Shown here one piece after another: positions 1-8,423 of a stretch of 64,000 bases of DNA. The DNA is from Chitinophaga pinensis (GTDB taxonomy: Bacteria; Bacteroidota; Bacteroidia; Chitinophagales; CAIOSU01), in NCBI GenBank assembly GCA_945901065.1, contig CAMDKI010000004.1, positions 103,247 through 167,246 of the forward strand, given 5' to 3'. Within the stretch, counting starts at the first letter, position 1. Each line of letters opens with the position of its first letter. The notes under the pieces were generated by a model. It was given only the letters and a program-made list of their open reading frames with translations, was not told the origin of the DNA and did not search any database. A program made the position numbers and the translations under genes.

Positions 1-193
1 CATCAATGCTTTGAAACGTTATTTTTACTTTGCTTTTGTAGCCGTTGCCAAGTATCATGGCCATATACAGCATCCTGTCTCTGTATTTTCGGTCGGCCTC
101 GGTAAGCAGTACATCAGTTGGGTTTAATGAAACAATGCCGGGCAACTGTTCCTTAGGCACTTTAGGTGTATTGGGTTGCAACGTAGTTTCCAT
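1..193 (-). CDS. small hypothetical protein, N-terminal part only (gene continues past the window start)
   Basis: My translation of the minus strand from the ATG at 193..191 gives METTLQPNTPKVPKEQLPGIVSLNPTDVLLTEADRKYRDRMLYMAMILGNGYKSKVKITFQSID, open to position 1. It shares the core LGN-x-YK-x-KV-x-I-x-F with the neighbouring 95-aa ORF. It is absent from the ORF track because the window edge truncates it. Confidence 0.45.
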   Translation of the reverse strand, partial: METTLQPNTPKVPKEQLPGIVSLNPTDVLLTEADRKYRDRMLYMAMILGNGYKSKVKITFQSID

Positions 194-327
194 TGGCTAG
201 CGGGTTTTTAGGTTAACGACCATGAGCTTTCCGATTGCAATAAATGCAGGCTAATGAAATATACGTAATAATATTAGAAATATGAAATTTATCTAACAAA
301 AAATAAGGAAAGCTGTTACGAAGATGA

Positions 328-615
328 TTAACAAATAACTTTCATTATACTACAAATAGGAATAAGCAAACCGCCCTTAAGCACTACGTTTTTATCGGTG
401 GTGGCCCAAATGGTAGTAGTAACCACATTAAGCCCCGCTAAGGATTCGAATACGATTTGCACTTTGTTTTTATAAGCATTGCCCAATACCATTCCGCGGA
501 ACAAGTCTTGTTGCCTCTGCTGTTGAGCGGTTATATCTGGTAGTACCTCTGAGCATTTAAATTGTAGGTTATTAATGCTCTCTTTCTCAATCACGTTCAG
601 TTTTACCCGTTCCAT
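328..615 (-). CDS. small hypothetical protein (95 aa), paralog of the flanking small ORFs
   Basis: Track ORF 328..615. LFRGMVLGNAYKNKVQIVFES aligns with MLYMAMILGNGYKSKVKITFQS of the ORF at 1..193. The C-terminal pattern (VVLKGGLLIPICSIMKV) resembles VVLQDGTFIDIEAIKNI of ORF 733..1017. No named family recognised. Confidence 0.5.
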   Translation of the reverse strand: MERVKLNVIEKESINNLQFKCSEVLPDITAQQQRQQDLFRGMVLGNAYKNKVQIVFESLAGLNVVTTTIWATTDKNVVLKGGLLIPICSIMKVIC

Positions 616-732
616 AAGCTATAGTTGTTTGGTTATTGGATACGTTAATAAACAAACTAAGTTTCGCCACATCTGTTTTGCTTACGGATGTGGCTGACAA
701 TTAGCTATTTAGATTACGTTGGGTAAAGATGC

Positions 733-1017
733 CTATACGATATCGATGTTCTTTATGGCTTCAATGTCAATAAAAGTTCCATCTTGCAGCACCACCATTT
801 TTGGTGTTGATAGCGAAACCAATGCTTTAATGCGTTTCACACCATCAGGTGTTTCGTGGTCTATAATCACCTGCTTTTGAAATAAACGGCAAAGTAGGGC
901 CGCTTGTTGTAGTTTAATGAATTTTTGATGTTCGGGGCAAGAATTGATTTTTTCTTTGCACGCTTTCAATTGTTGGTTAACCTTTGAGCGAAGATTATCG
1001 GCTGTAGAAACTTGCAT
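733..1017 (-). CDS. small hypothetical protein (94 aa), distant paralog of 328..615
   Basis: Track ORF 733..1344 trimmed to Met110 (start codon at 1017..1015, computed from track coordinates). The upstream 109 codons run antisense through the well-supported CoA-binding gene. The retained part is MQVSTADNLRSKVNQQLKACKEKINSCPEHQKF...VVLQDGTFIDIEAIKNIDIV. Confidence 0.4.
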   Translation of the reverse strand: MQVSTADNLRSKVNQQLKACKEKINSCPEHQKFIKLQQAALLCRLFQKQVIIDHETPDGVKRIKALVSLSTPKMVVLQDGTFIDIEAIKNIDIV

Positions 1018-1122
1018 TTTAATGAGATTGGTTACCCATTTATACCTCACAATAAATTTTTTGTTTCGTTTTGTAGCTTTTTTATACAAACTTTTGTAGC
1101 GGCTAACCTGTTTGCAGAATAT

Positions 1123-1500
1123 ATGACTAAGGAAACCAACAAAACTACCCTCGTAATTGGGGCTACCACCAAACCTGATAGATATGGCAACATAGCCATA
1201 AAACGTTTGCGCGCTCATGGGCACCATGTTTTGGCCATCGGGGTTGATGAAGGTACAGTGGCCGATGTGCCTATTGGTAACGAAAAATTGCCTTTTGAGG
1301 CTGTTGATACCGTTACGTTGTATGTGCGGCCGGCCATTCAGCACGAGAGCTACGAAGACTATATTTTAGGTCTTAAACCCAAACGGGTAATATTTAACCC
1401 TGGCACCGAAAACCCTGCATTTGAAGATAGGTTGCAAAAGGCAGGTATAGAACCCATTGAGGCATGCACGCTGGTAATGCTATCGACAGGTCAATACTGA
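1123..1500 (+). CDS. CoA-binding protein (YccU/YneT-like, CoA_binding_2 type)
   Basis: Track ORF 1012..1500 trimmed to the ATG at 1123 (MTKETNKTTLVIGATTKPDRYGNIAIKRLRAHGHHVLAIG...). The TLVIGAT..P.RYG motif, the ~125-aa length and RVIFNPGTEN are typical of the small CoA-binding family. Confidence 0.8.
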   Translation: MTKETNKTTLVIGATTKPDRYGNIAIKRLRAHGHHVLAIGVDEGTVADVPIGNEKLPFEAVDTVTLYVRPAIQHESYEDYILGLKPKRVIFNPGTENPAFEDRLQKAGIEPIEACTLVMLSTGQY

Positions 1501-1520
1501 TTTGTAAACGTTGATAAACG

Positions 1521-1553
1521 AGGAAGGGCCGCAATTTGCGGCCCTTCCTTTTT
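1521..1553. terminator. intrinsic terminator hairpin between convergent genes
   Basis: Perfect 12-bp stem AGGAAGGGCCGC / GCGGCCCTTCCT (1521..1532 and 1538..1549) with loop AATTT, followed by TTTT. It lies between the stop of the CoA-binding gene (1500) and the stop of sppA (1569). Confidence 0.65.
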
Positions 1554-1568
1554 GCGTTGTATTGAGTA

Positions 1569-3344
1569 TTAATACACTTCCATCATAAATGGCATGCGCA
1601 TTTGTACGCCTGTAGGTACGTTTTTCAATTCTTGCATTTTTACCCACATAGGGTAGTATTGGCCCAGTTGCATTTTCATGAAGCGAGCCTCTACCTCATC
1701 ACCACCTTCGCTAAATAGCTTGGCTAGTGGGTCTTTTTGTTTAGGGTAGTCAACTACTCGGTAGTTTTTCAATCCTGCTTTAGTTTTTGCAATATCCAGT
1801 GCCACATCCATGCCACCCAATACATCCACCAGACCATTTTCTAGCGCTTGCACGCCAGTCCATATACGACCTTGTCCAACACTATCCACATAATCAACGG
1901 TCATGCCACGGCCTTCAGCTACCCTGCGCTTAAACTTCAAGTAAATAGTATCAACACCCACTTGAAGGATAGAGAATTCCTCGGCGGTTAAAGATCGGGT
2001 TATGGTTCCGAAATCGGAGTATTGACCTACTTTCACGGTATCAAAGGTGATGCCCATTTTATTGTTGAAAAAGCCACCCATATCGGGCAATAAGCCAAAT
2101 ACACCAATAGAACCGGTAATGGTGTTAGGTTCGGCTACAATAGTATCGGCAAAGCAAGCAATATAGTAACCACCCGAAGCGGCCACATCGCCCATGGATA
2201 CTATTACTGGTATGCCTTTGGCTTTTACCAAGTTTATTTCACGAAGCATAATTTCAGATGCCAAGGCACTGCCGCCACCTGAGTTTACACGGATTACTAG
2301 TGCTTTGATTTTGTCGTCTTCGCGTATTTCTTGCAACGCCTTTCTAAACCTTGCCGAGCCTATGTTATCTTCATCGCCATCGCCATCCACTATATTGCCT
2401 TCGGCATACAATACCGCGATTTTATCACTGTCGAAATCGGTCTTTTTGCCCGGACTATTATCGTATGTGCCTAACGAAACAAACTCGAGATCTTTGGCAT
2501 TGTCTTTTCCTGTTTTCTCTGCAAGTTTGGCTTGTATTTGGTCGAAATAAAGTAGCTCATCTACTAGCTTGTATTTTACCGCATCTTCAGGCTGACGGAT
2601 GGCTAGGTTGAAAACAATACTATCTAAAGCTTTGTAATCTAATTTACGCGAAGCGGCAATTTCCGAAATAAAGTGCCCATATACATCGGTAAGATATTCG
2701 GTAACCTGCTTGCGGTTGGGCTCTGACATGCGGTCGTATCGGAAAGGCTCGGTAGCACTCTTAAACTGGCCAGCATAGAAAACCTGTGCTTTGATTTCGA
2801 GCCTATCCAACATGTTCTTAAAGAAGGTGAGCTGCGCGCTAAAACCCTTTAGCTCCAAGTAACCAACTGGATTAATGTACACTTCATCGGCCACCGAAGC
2901 AAGGTAGTAGGCTTTTTGGGTTACTACTTCGCCGTATGCCAATACAAATTTGCCCGACTCTTTGAACTTTACCAATTCGTTGCGAATGGCTTCGATAGTA
3001 GCTAGACCATTGGGCATCATTCCAAGCTCTAGGTATATGCCTTTAATGTTGTCGTCTTCGGCAGCCTTGCGGATGTTTTTGATAATGTCGTTTAAGCCAA
3101 GATTATTTTCGGCCTCCATGGAGGCGAAGTCGAAGTTTGCAAAAATATCCTTACTGGTGCGTTCTTTAATTTCGTACGATAAATCTAAGTGCAAAACAGA
3201 GTTGGCTTTAACGGCTGCAACCTTAGGGTCTTTTAAACCAGACACTAAGCCAATGACGATAAAAAAGAACAGGAGTATTGCAAAAACAAAGGAAAGTAGC
3301 GACCCGATGAGGGATGCGAATACTAAACGAAAGAAATTACCCAT
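1569..3344 (-). CDS. sppA: signal peptide peptidase SppA, 67K type
   Basis: 591 aa with an N-terminal TM segment and two ClpP/crotonase-like halves. VIRVNSGGGSALASEIM and GDVAASGGYYIA motifs are characteristic of SppA. Confidence 0.9.
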   Translation of the reverse strand: MGNFFRLVFASLIGSLLSFVFAILLFFFIVIGLVSGLKDPKVAAVKANSVLHLDLSYEIKERTSKDIFANFDFASMEAENNLGLNDIIKNIRKAAEDDNIKGIYLELGMMPNGLATIEAIRNELVKFKESGKFVLAYGEVVTQKAYYLASVADEVYINPVGYLELKGFSAQLTFFKNMLDRLEIKAQVFYAGQFKSATEPFRYDRMSEPNRKQVTEYLTDVYGHFISEIAASRKLDYKALDSIVFNLAIRQPEDAVKYKLVDELLYFDQIQAKLAEKTGKDNAKDLEFVSLGTYDNSPGKKTDFDSDKIAVLYAEGNIVDGDGDEDNIGSARFRKALQEIREDDKIKALVIRVNSGGGSALASEIMLREINLVKAKGIPVIVSMGDVAASGGYYIACFADTIVAEPNTITGSIGVFGLLPDMGGFFNNKMGITFDTVKVGQYSDFGTITRSLTAEEFSILQVGVDTIYLKFKRRVAEGRGMTVDYVDSVGQGRIWTGVQALENGLVDVLGGMDVALDIAKTKAGLKNYRVVDYPKQKDPLAKLFSEGGDEVEARFMKMQLGQYYPMWVKMQELKNVPTGVQMRMPFMMEVY

Positions 3345-3437
3345 AATGGTTGTTGATAATTAAAAGATGATCATTCGGATTGACGATTTCAAAAATAATA
3401 CATTTGGGAGCAACTTTGATTGTAATTGGTCTATGCT

Positions 3438-3935
3438 ATGATGAGATACGTCTATTTACTTTGCGGCAGTAACATGGGAAACCGCCAAGAATACCTTAGT
3501 AAGGCCATTAATTTCATACATGAGCGCATTGGCGATGTCGAAAAAGTATCGGCAATGTACGAATCGGATGCTTGGGGAGAAGAAGAACAAGATGACTTTT
3601 TGAACCAAGCCGTAATTGTGAAGAGCAGCATACAGCCTGAAGCACTTTTGGCAGAGTTGAAAAAGATTGAAGCCATGCTTGGCCGCACCGAAAGCTTTAG
3701 ATGGGGACCCCGAACTATTGATATTGATATACTGCTGGTTGACTCACTTGTTTATTTTACCGACCACCTGCAAATACCACATGCCAGCTTAGAGCAACGC
3801 AAATTTGCCTTAACACCTTTGGCCGAAATAGCACCTGATTTGGTTCATCCGGTTAGTGGTTATACCATGGCCGAATTACTAGAGCTTTGCTCAGATGAGG
3901 GCTCAGTGCGCCTCAAAACAAACCATGCTGCATAA
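3438..3935 (+). CDS. folK: 2-amino-4-hydroxy-6-hydroxymethyldihydropteridine diphosphokinase
   Basis: YLLCGSNMGNR...SAMYESDAWGEEEQDDFLNQAV...LGRTESFRWGPRTIDIDILL matches the HPPK signature. The track ORF starts at a TTG (3426); I prefer the first ATG at 3438, but the start is uncertain. Confidence 0.88.
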   Translation: MMRYVYLLCGSNMGNRQEYLSKAINFIHERIGDVEKVSAMYESDAWGEEEQDDFLNQAVIVKSSIQPEALLAELKKIEAMLGRTESFRWGPRTIDIDILLVDSLVYFTDHLQIPHASLEQRKFALTPLAEIAPDLVHPVSGYTMAELLELCSDEGSVRLKTNHAA

Positions 3936-4533
3936 GGTAATATCTGTTGAGGGTAACATTGGTGCTGGCAAAACCACGCTGGCCACCCTGATAGCAGCAG
4001 CTACTGGCAGAAAGCTGGTGTTAGAGCAGTTTGAACAGAATCCTTTTCTGGCAGACTTTTACGCAGAACCCAATAAGTATGCGTTCCATACCGAGCTGTA
4101 CTTTTTAGCTAAGCGCTACGAGCAGTGGCGCCAATTGGCCGATGAGCCAATAGTATCCGACTACTCGCTGGCCAAATCACTTTATTTTGCTGAAGTAACT
4201 TTAAAGGGCGCTGAATTGGAGGTTTTTAAGAGTATTTATAAGGGATTAATGGAAACCGCACATAAGCCAGACCTTATTATATATTTGGACCGTAGCACGG
4301 AGCAACTTAACGCACATATTTTGCAGCGTGGCCGAAAATACGAGCAAGCTATACCAGCTGCTTATCTGAAGCAAATACAGGATAATTACCTATGGCACCT
4401 AGGCTTGCTAGCTAACCAACCTATTGTGCTTATTGATGCACGAGAAAAGGACTTTAGGGAAGGCTCAGCTGATTTGCATTGGGTGCTAGGGCTCATTGAT
4501 AAGCCTTACCCAGTTGGGGTTACTAAACTGTAA
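3925..4533 (+). CDS. deoxynucleoside kinase family protein
   Basis: Trimmed to the ATG at 3925 (MLHKVISVEGNIGAGKTTLATLIA...). It has a P-loop followed by the LEQFEQNPFLADFY and ELYFLAKRY motifs typical of the dNK/dCK/dGK family. It overlaps the folK 3' end by 11 nt, so the two are probably co-transcribed. Confidence 0.85.
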   Translation: MLHKVISVEGNIGAGKTTLATLIAAATGRKLVLEQFEQNPFLADFYAEPNKYAFHTELYFLAKRYEQWRQLADEPIVSDYSLAKSLYFAEVTLKGAELEVFKSIYKGLMETAHKPDLIIYLDRSTEQLNAHILQRGRKYEQAIPAAYLKQIQDNYLWHLGLLANQPIVLIDAREKDFREGSADLHWVLGLIDKPYPVGVTKL

Positions 4534-4561
4534 TGGAATAGCTTCTCATAACTTAACCTTC

Positions 4562-7183
4562 TTACCCCAACTTAGCCAAACTCTCTTCCAAAGCTTTCAC
4601 TTTAGCTTGTCCGTCGGCTAGCTTTTTACGTTCCGCCTCAACTACTGCTGTAGGAGCGCTGCTTACAAAACGCTCGTTGCTCAATTTACCCTCAACGGAA
4701 CGGATAAAACCCTTAGTATATTCCAACTCTTGTAGCATTTTGGCCCGCTCTTCTTCAGCATCCACTTCTACGCCTGTTGATACAAAGAAACGATCGCTGC
4801 CGGCCATAAAGGCTTGGGCATTGTCAATGTCTTTCTCGGTATACTCAAATACGCCCAGTTTGGCTAATTTGATTATTTGCGGGCGGTATAGCTCGTAAAG
4901 CTCCGTGTTGGCAACTTGACCGTATAGGTCAACAGTGTCCTTTGGCTTCACCTGTTGTTGGTTTCTGATGTCGCGCACGCCGCTTATCATTTCTTTAACC
5001 AACTCAAAGTTGCTCAATAGGGTTTCGTCAACTTCACCAGCCTTTGGCCATTGCGCAACAATTAGGCTATCCTTGGCTTCTCTTGTACCAATGTGTTGCC
5101 AAATATGCTCCGAAATGAAGGGCGTAAATGGGTGCAACAACCTCAACAAATCTTCCAATATCAAGGTTGTTTGCTCCAGGGTATAGGCATCAATTGGGTG
5201 CTGGTACTCTGGTTTTATCATCTCCAAGTACCATGAGCAAAATTCATCCCAAACCAAATTATAAACCGTTAATAATGCTTCGCTTAGGCGATATTGTTCA
5301 AAGCTTTGGTCAATCTGCAAAATGGCCATGTTCAAGCGTTGGCTCATCCATTGAATAGAAGCTTCGTTTTCTTCATTTTTGCCTGGGGTAACTTCCCATC
5401 CTTGTATCAATCGGAAGGCATTCCAAAGCTTATTTGCAAAATTTCGGCCTTGCTCACAAAGCTTATCATCAAACAAAACATCGTTGCCACTTGGTGCACT
5501 AATAAGGATACCCACACGCATGCCATCGGCACCGTATTGCTCTATTAAGGTTAGTGGGTCAGGCGAGTTACCGAGTTGCTTGCTCATTTTACGGCCCTGC
5601 TTATCGCGAACCATGCCCGTAAAATATACATCGTTAAAAGGCTTTTCATCCTTAAACTCGTAACCAGCAATAACCATACGCGCAACCCAGAAGAATATAA
5701 TATCCCATCCGGTAACCAATACATTAGTAGGGTAGTAGTAGTCTACTTCTTCGGGGCCTTCAAAGCCATCAAACACCGAAATAGGCCACAACCAGCTACT
5801 GAACCAAGTATCCAACACGTCCTCGTCTTGGCGCAGATCTGCTGCGGTTACTTTGGTTAAGCCGAACTGCTCCTTAGCCAATTCAATCGCTTCTTCAATG
5901 GTTTCTGCCACTACAAACCTACCATCGCTTAAATAGAACGCCGGTATACGCTGGCCCCACCACAATTGGCGCGAAATAGGCCAGTTGCGGATGTTTTCCA
6001 TCCAGTGCTTATACAAGTTCTTAAAGCTGTCGGGGTGGAAATGGATATTGTCGTTCATTACGTTTTCCAAGGCTGGTTTCACCAACTCTTGCATATCAAC
6101 AAACCACTGCAAGCTCAATCGGGGCTCAACCACCGTATCGGGGTTACGTTCGCTGTAGCCTACTTTGTTTACTATTTCTTCGGTTTTAATAAGCAATCCA
6201 GCGGCTTCAAGGTCGGCCACAATTTGTTTGCGAGCAGCAAATCGGTCTTGACCAATGTATAGCTCACCTGCTTCACTTATCGTTCCGTCAGGGTTCATGA
6301 TATCAATGGTTTCTAGGCCATGCTTTTTGCCTAACTCATAGTCATTTATATCGTGCGCTGGGGTTACCTTTAAGGCACCGGTACCAAACTCACGCTCTAC
6401 ATACTCATCTACTATTAGTGGCACGTGGCGGTTTACCAATGGCACTATAACCTTGCGGTTGTGCAATACGGTGTATCGCTCATCTTCTGGGTGCACGCAC
6501 ACGGCAGTATCGCCTAGCAAGGTTTCGGGGCGAGTAGTGGCAATGGTTATAAAATCTTCAGTGCCCTCTATTACATACTTTATATAGTATAGTTTGGCCT
6601 GCTTGTTCTCTTTATATATTACCTCCTCATTGCTGAGGGTAGTTTGGGCGCGAGGGTCCCAGTTTACCATCTTCAAATCGCGATAGATGTAACCCTTGTT
6701 ATAGAGGTCAACAAACACTTTAACTACTGCAGCATAAAGCTTTGGCTCCATGGTAAAGCGGGTACGCTCCCAATCGCAACTGGCACCCAGTTTTTTCAAC
6801 TGTTCTAGGATAATACCACCGTACTTATCCTTCCATTCATAGGCGTGCACCATGAATGCATCGCGGCCTATATCGCTTTTCTTAATACCTTGCTCGCGCA
6901 GTAGGTTTACCACTTTGGCCTCAGTAGCTATGCTAGCATGGTCGGTGCCGGGCACCCAACAGGCATTAAAGCCCATCATGCGCGCACGACGGATGAGGAT
7001 ATCTTGAATGGTATTGTTGAGCATGTGGCCCATGTGCAACACACCCGTAACATTCGGTGGCGGAATGACGATAGTGAATGGTTCGCGTTCATCGGGCACG
7101 GAGCGGAAAAATCCTTGCTCCATCCAATGTTGATACCATCTGTCTTCTACCTCTTTAGGGTTATAGGTTTTTGCAATTTCCAT
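4562..7183 (-). CDS. valS: valine--tRNA ligase
   Basis: 873 aa, with the PPPNVTGVLHMGH (HIGH) and KMSKQLGN (KMSKS) class I motifs and a C-terminal coiled coil ending KALEESLAKLG. Confidence 0.97.
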   Translation of the reverse strand: MEIAKTYNPKEVEDRWYQHWMEQGFFRSVPDEREPFTIVIPPPNVTGVLHMGHMLNNTIQDILIRRARMMGFNACWVPGTDHASIATEAKVVNLLREQGIKKSDIGRDAFMVHAYEWKDKYGGIILEQLKKLGASCDWERTRFTMEPKLYAAVVKVFVDLYNKGYIYRDLKMVNWDPRAQTTLSNEEVIYKENKQAKLYYIKYVIEGTEDFITIATTRPETLLGDTAVCVHPEDERYTVLHNRKVIVPLVNRHVPLIVDEYVEREFGTGALKVTPAHDINDYELGKKHGLETIDIMNPDGTISEAGELYIGQDRFAARKQIVADLEAAGLLIKTEEIVNKVGYSERNPDTVVEPRLSLQWFVDMQELVKPALENVMNDNIHFHPDSFKNLYKHWMENIRNWPISRQLWWGQRIPAFYLSDGRFVVAETIEEAIELAKEQFGLTKVTAADLRQDEDVLDTWFSSWLWPISVFDGFEGPEEVDYYYPTNVLVTGWDIIFFWVARMVIAGYEFKDEKPFNDVYFTGMVRDKQGRKMSKQLGNSPDPLTLIEQYGADGMRVGILISAPSGNDVLFDDKLCEQGRNFANKLWNAFRLIQGWEVTPGKNEENEASIQWMSQRLNMAILQIDQSFEQYRLSEALLTVYNLVWDEFCSWYLEMIKPEYQHPIDAYTLEQTTLILEDLLRLLHPFTPFISEHIWQHIGTREAKDSLIVAQWPKAGEVDETLLSNFELVKEMISGVRDIRNQQQVKPKDTVDLYGQVANTELYELYRPQIIKLAKLGVFEYTEKDIDNAQAFMAGSDRFFVSTGVEVDAEEERAKMLQELEYTKGFIRSVEGKLSNERFVSSAPTAVVEAERKKLADGQAKVKALEESLAKLG

Positions 7184-7190
7184 AGTGGTG

Positions 7191-7198
7191 CAAAGATA
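7191..7198 (-). promoter_or_regulatory. candidate Bacteroidota -7 promoter box (TATCTTTG) for valS
   Basis: The minus strand reads TATCTTTG, a perfect match to TAnnTTTG, ending 7 nt before the valS ATG. This implies a very short or absent leader. No well-spaced -33 TTG is evident. Confidence 0.4.
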
Positions 7199-7203
7199 AT
7201 GAT

Positions 7204-7405
7204 AGTATCAAGTAGTGAGTATCAAGTATCAAGTATTTTACGATTTACGAGGTACGATTTACGATTGAAAGGCAAATTGAAATAAAAATTAACTACAATA
7301 GTCCCTCCTCACCCAAGGCGAGACAAGCTGTAAATCGTACTTCGTACTCAATTTTAGCGAAAGACATGATGTACTTGATACTTGATACTCACTACTTGCT
7401 ACTAA
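7204..7405. repeat. ~200-bp imperfect long inverted repeat built from heptamer arrays
   Basis: Left arm 7204..7266 is nine in-phase 7-mers (AGTATCA AGTAGTG AGTATCA AGTATCA AGTATTT TACGATT TACGAGG TACGATT TACGATT). Right arm 7330..7350 (GTAAATC GTACTTC GTACTCA) plus 7371..7405 (GTACTTG ATACTTG ATACTCA CTACTTG CTACTAA). Positions 7204..7235 and 7372..7403 are reverse complements with 1 mismatch in 32 nt. The centre carries a degenerate CTCACCCAAGGCGAGACAAGC element. Confidence 0.85.
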
Positions 7406-7464
7406 TCTAGCACAAAGCCCTCTTCATCTAAATAAGTTGGTCAATTGCCCAATTAGCTATATTC

Positions 7465-8166
7465 TTGCTTCGTTCAATAATCAAACCGTTTACCGTGGCA
7501 CAACCAATAATCCGGATTAACAACTTAAATAAGTCCTACCAAATGGGGCACAATAGCTTGCATGTGCTGAAGGGTGTAAATATGCAGGTTAACGAGGGTG
7601 AGATGGTATCCATCATGGGTTCGTCGGGCTCGGGCAAATCAACGCTATTGAACATATTGGGCATATTGGACCAATACGACTCTGGTGAATACTATTTGGG
7701 CGAGTATTTGGTTAAGAACTTATCGCAAGCCAAAGCGGCCAAATACCGCAGCATGCTGGTGGGGTTTGTTTTCCAATCGTTTAACTTGTTGAGTTTTAAA
7801 ACGGCTGCCGAAAACGTTGCCTTGCCGCTATACTACCAAAATGTAAGCCGTAAGCAACGCGACAAAATGGCGTTGGAATATTTGGAGAAAGTAGGCCTGC
7901 GCAATTGGGCCAACCATCTGCCTACAGAAATGAGCGGTGGCCAGCAACAGCGCGTAGCTATTGCCCGAGCCTTGATTAGCAATCCGAAAGTGATATTGGC
8001 CGATGAGCCAACAGGTGCATTGGATACCCAGACCAGCTACGAGGTAATGGAGCTTTTTAAAGCCTTACACCAAGAAGGGAAAACCATCGTAATTGTTACC
8101 CACGAAAACGACATAGCCGCCCTTACCGAAAGGGTTATCAGGCTCAAGGATGGGCAGATTGTTTAA
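7465..8166 (+). CDS. ABC transporter ATP-binding protein (LolD/MacB-type ATPase), no adjacent permease
   Basis: Walker [10 protein letters not shown], signature [15 protein letters not shown]-like ([15 protein letters not shown]), Walker [13 protein letters not shown]-loop VTHE. There is no in-frame ATG near the 5' end; the start is TTG 7465 (track) or GTG 7495. Confidence 0.9.
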   Translation: MLRSIIKPFTVAQPIIRINNLNKSYQMGHNSLHVLKGVNMQVNEGEMVSIMGSSGSGKSTLLNILGILDQYDSGEYYLGEYLVKNLSQAKAAKYRSMLVGFVFQSFNLLSFKTAAENVALPLYYQNVSRKQRDKMALEYLEKVGLRNWANHLPTEMSGGQQQRVAIARALISNPKVILADEPTGALDTQTSYEVMELFKALHQEGKTIVIVTHENDIAALTERVIRLKDGQIV

Positions 8167-8167
8167 A

Positions 8168-8283
8168 GTCCACGGTCAACGGACCACTGTCCACAGTTAA
8201 CAGAAAGTATTTTGTCCATACTTAATAAGACATTGCCTTAAAGCTTAATTTTTGCTGTGGACTGTCGACAGTTGACTGTGGAC
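8168..8283. repeat. inverted pair of GTCCACA-type heptamer arrays
   Basis: 8168..8202 reads GTCCACG GTCAACG GACCACT GTCCACA GTTAACA. 8255..8283 reads CTGTGGA CTGTCGA CAGTTGA CTGTGGA CC, roughly its reverse complement (about 24 of 29 by eye). The left array starts 2 nt after the ABC gene's TAA (8164..8166). Confidence 0.8.
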
Positions 8284-8423
8284 CATAAAAAAGAACGAGT
8301 GTTAGTAAGGGTTTGAGTGGTTCTAGTTATCAGTAGGGTTAATTTGGGGGTAAACAAATTATTAATTTTCAGCTACTTGGCTTAAATTTAGGAGCCCAAT
8401 TAATAACCAACCTGCTACCCCCA

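Noticed and set aside
733-1344. Full-length 203-aa minus-strand ORF overlapping the CoA-binding gene.
   Set aside because: Its N-terminal 109 codons are antisense to a gene with clear family motifs. Only the C-terminal 94 codons (from the ATG at 1017), which resemble the neighbouring small ORFs, were kept.
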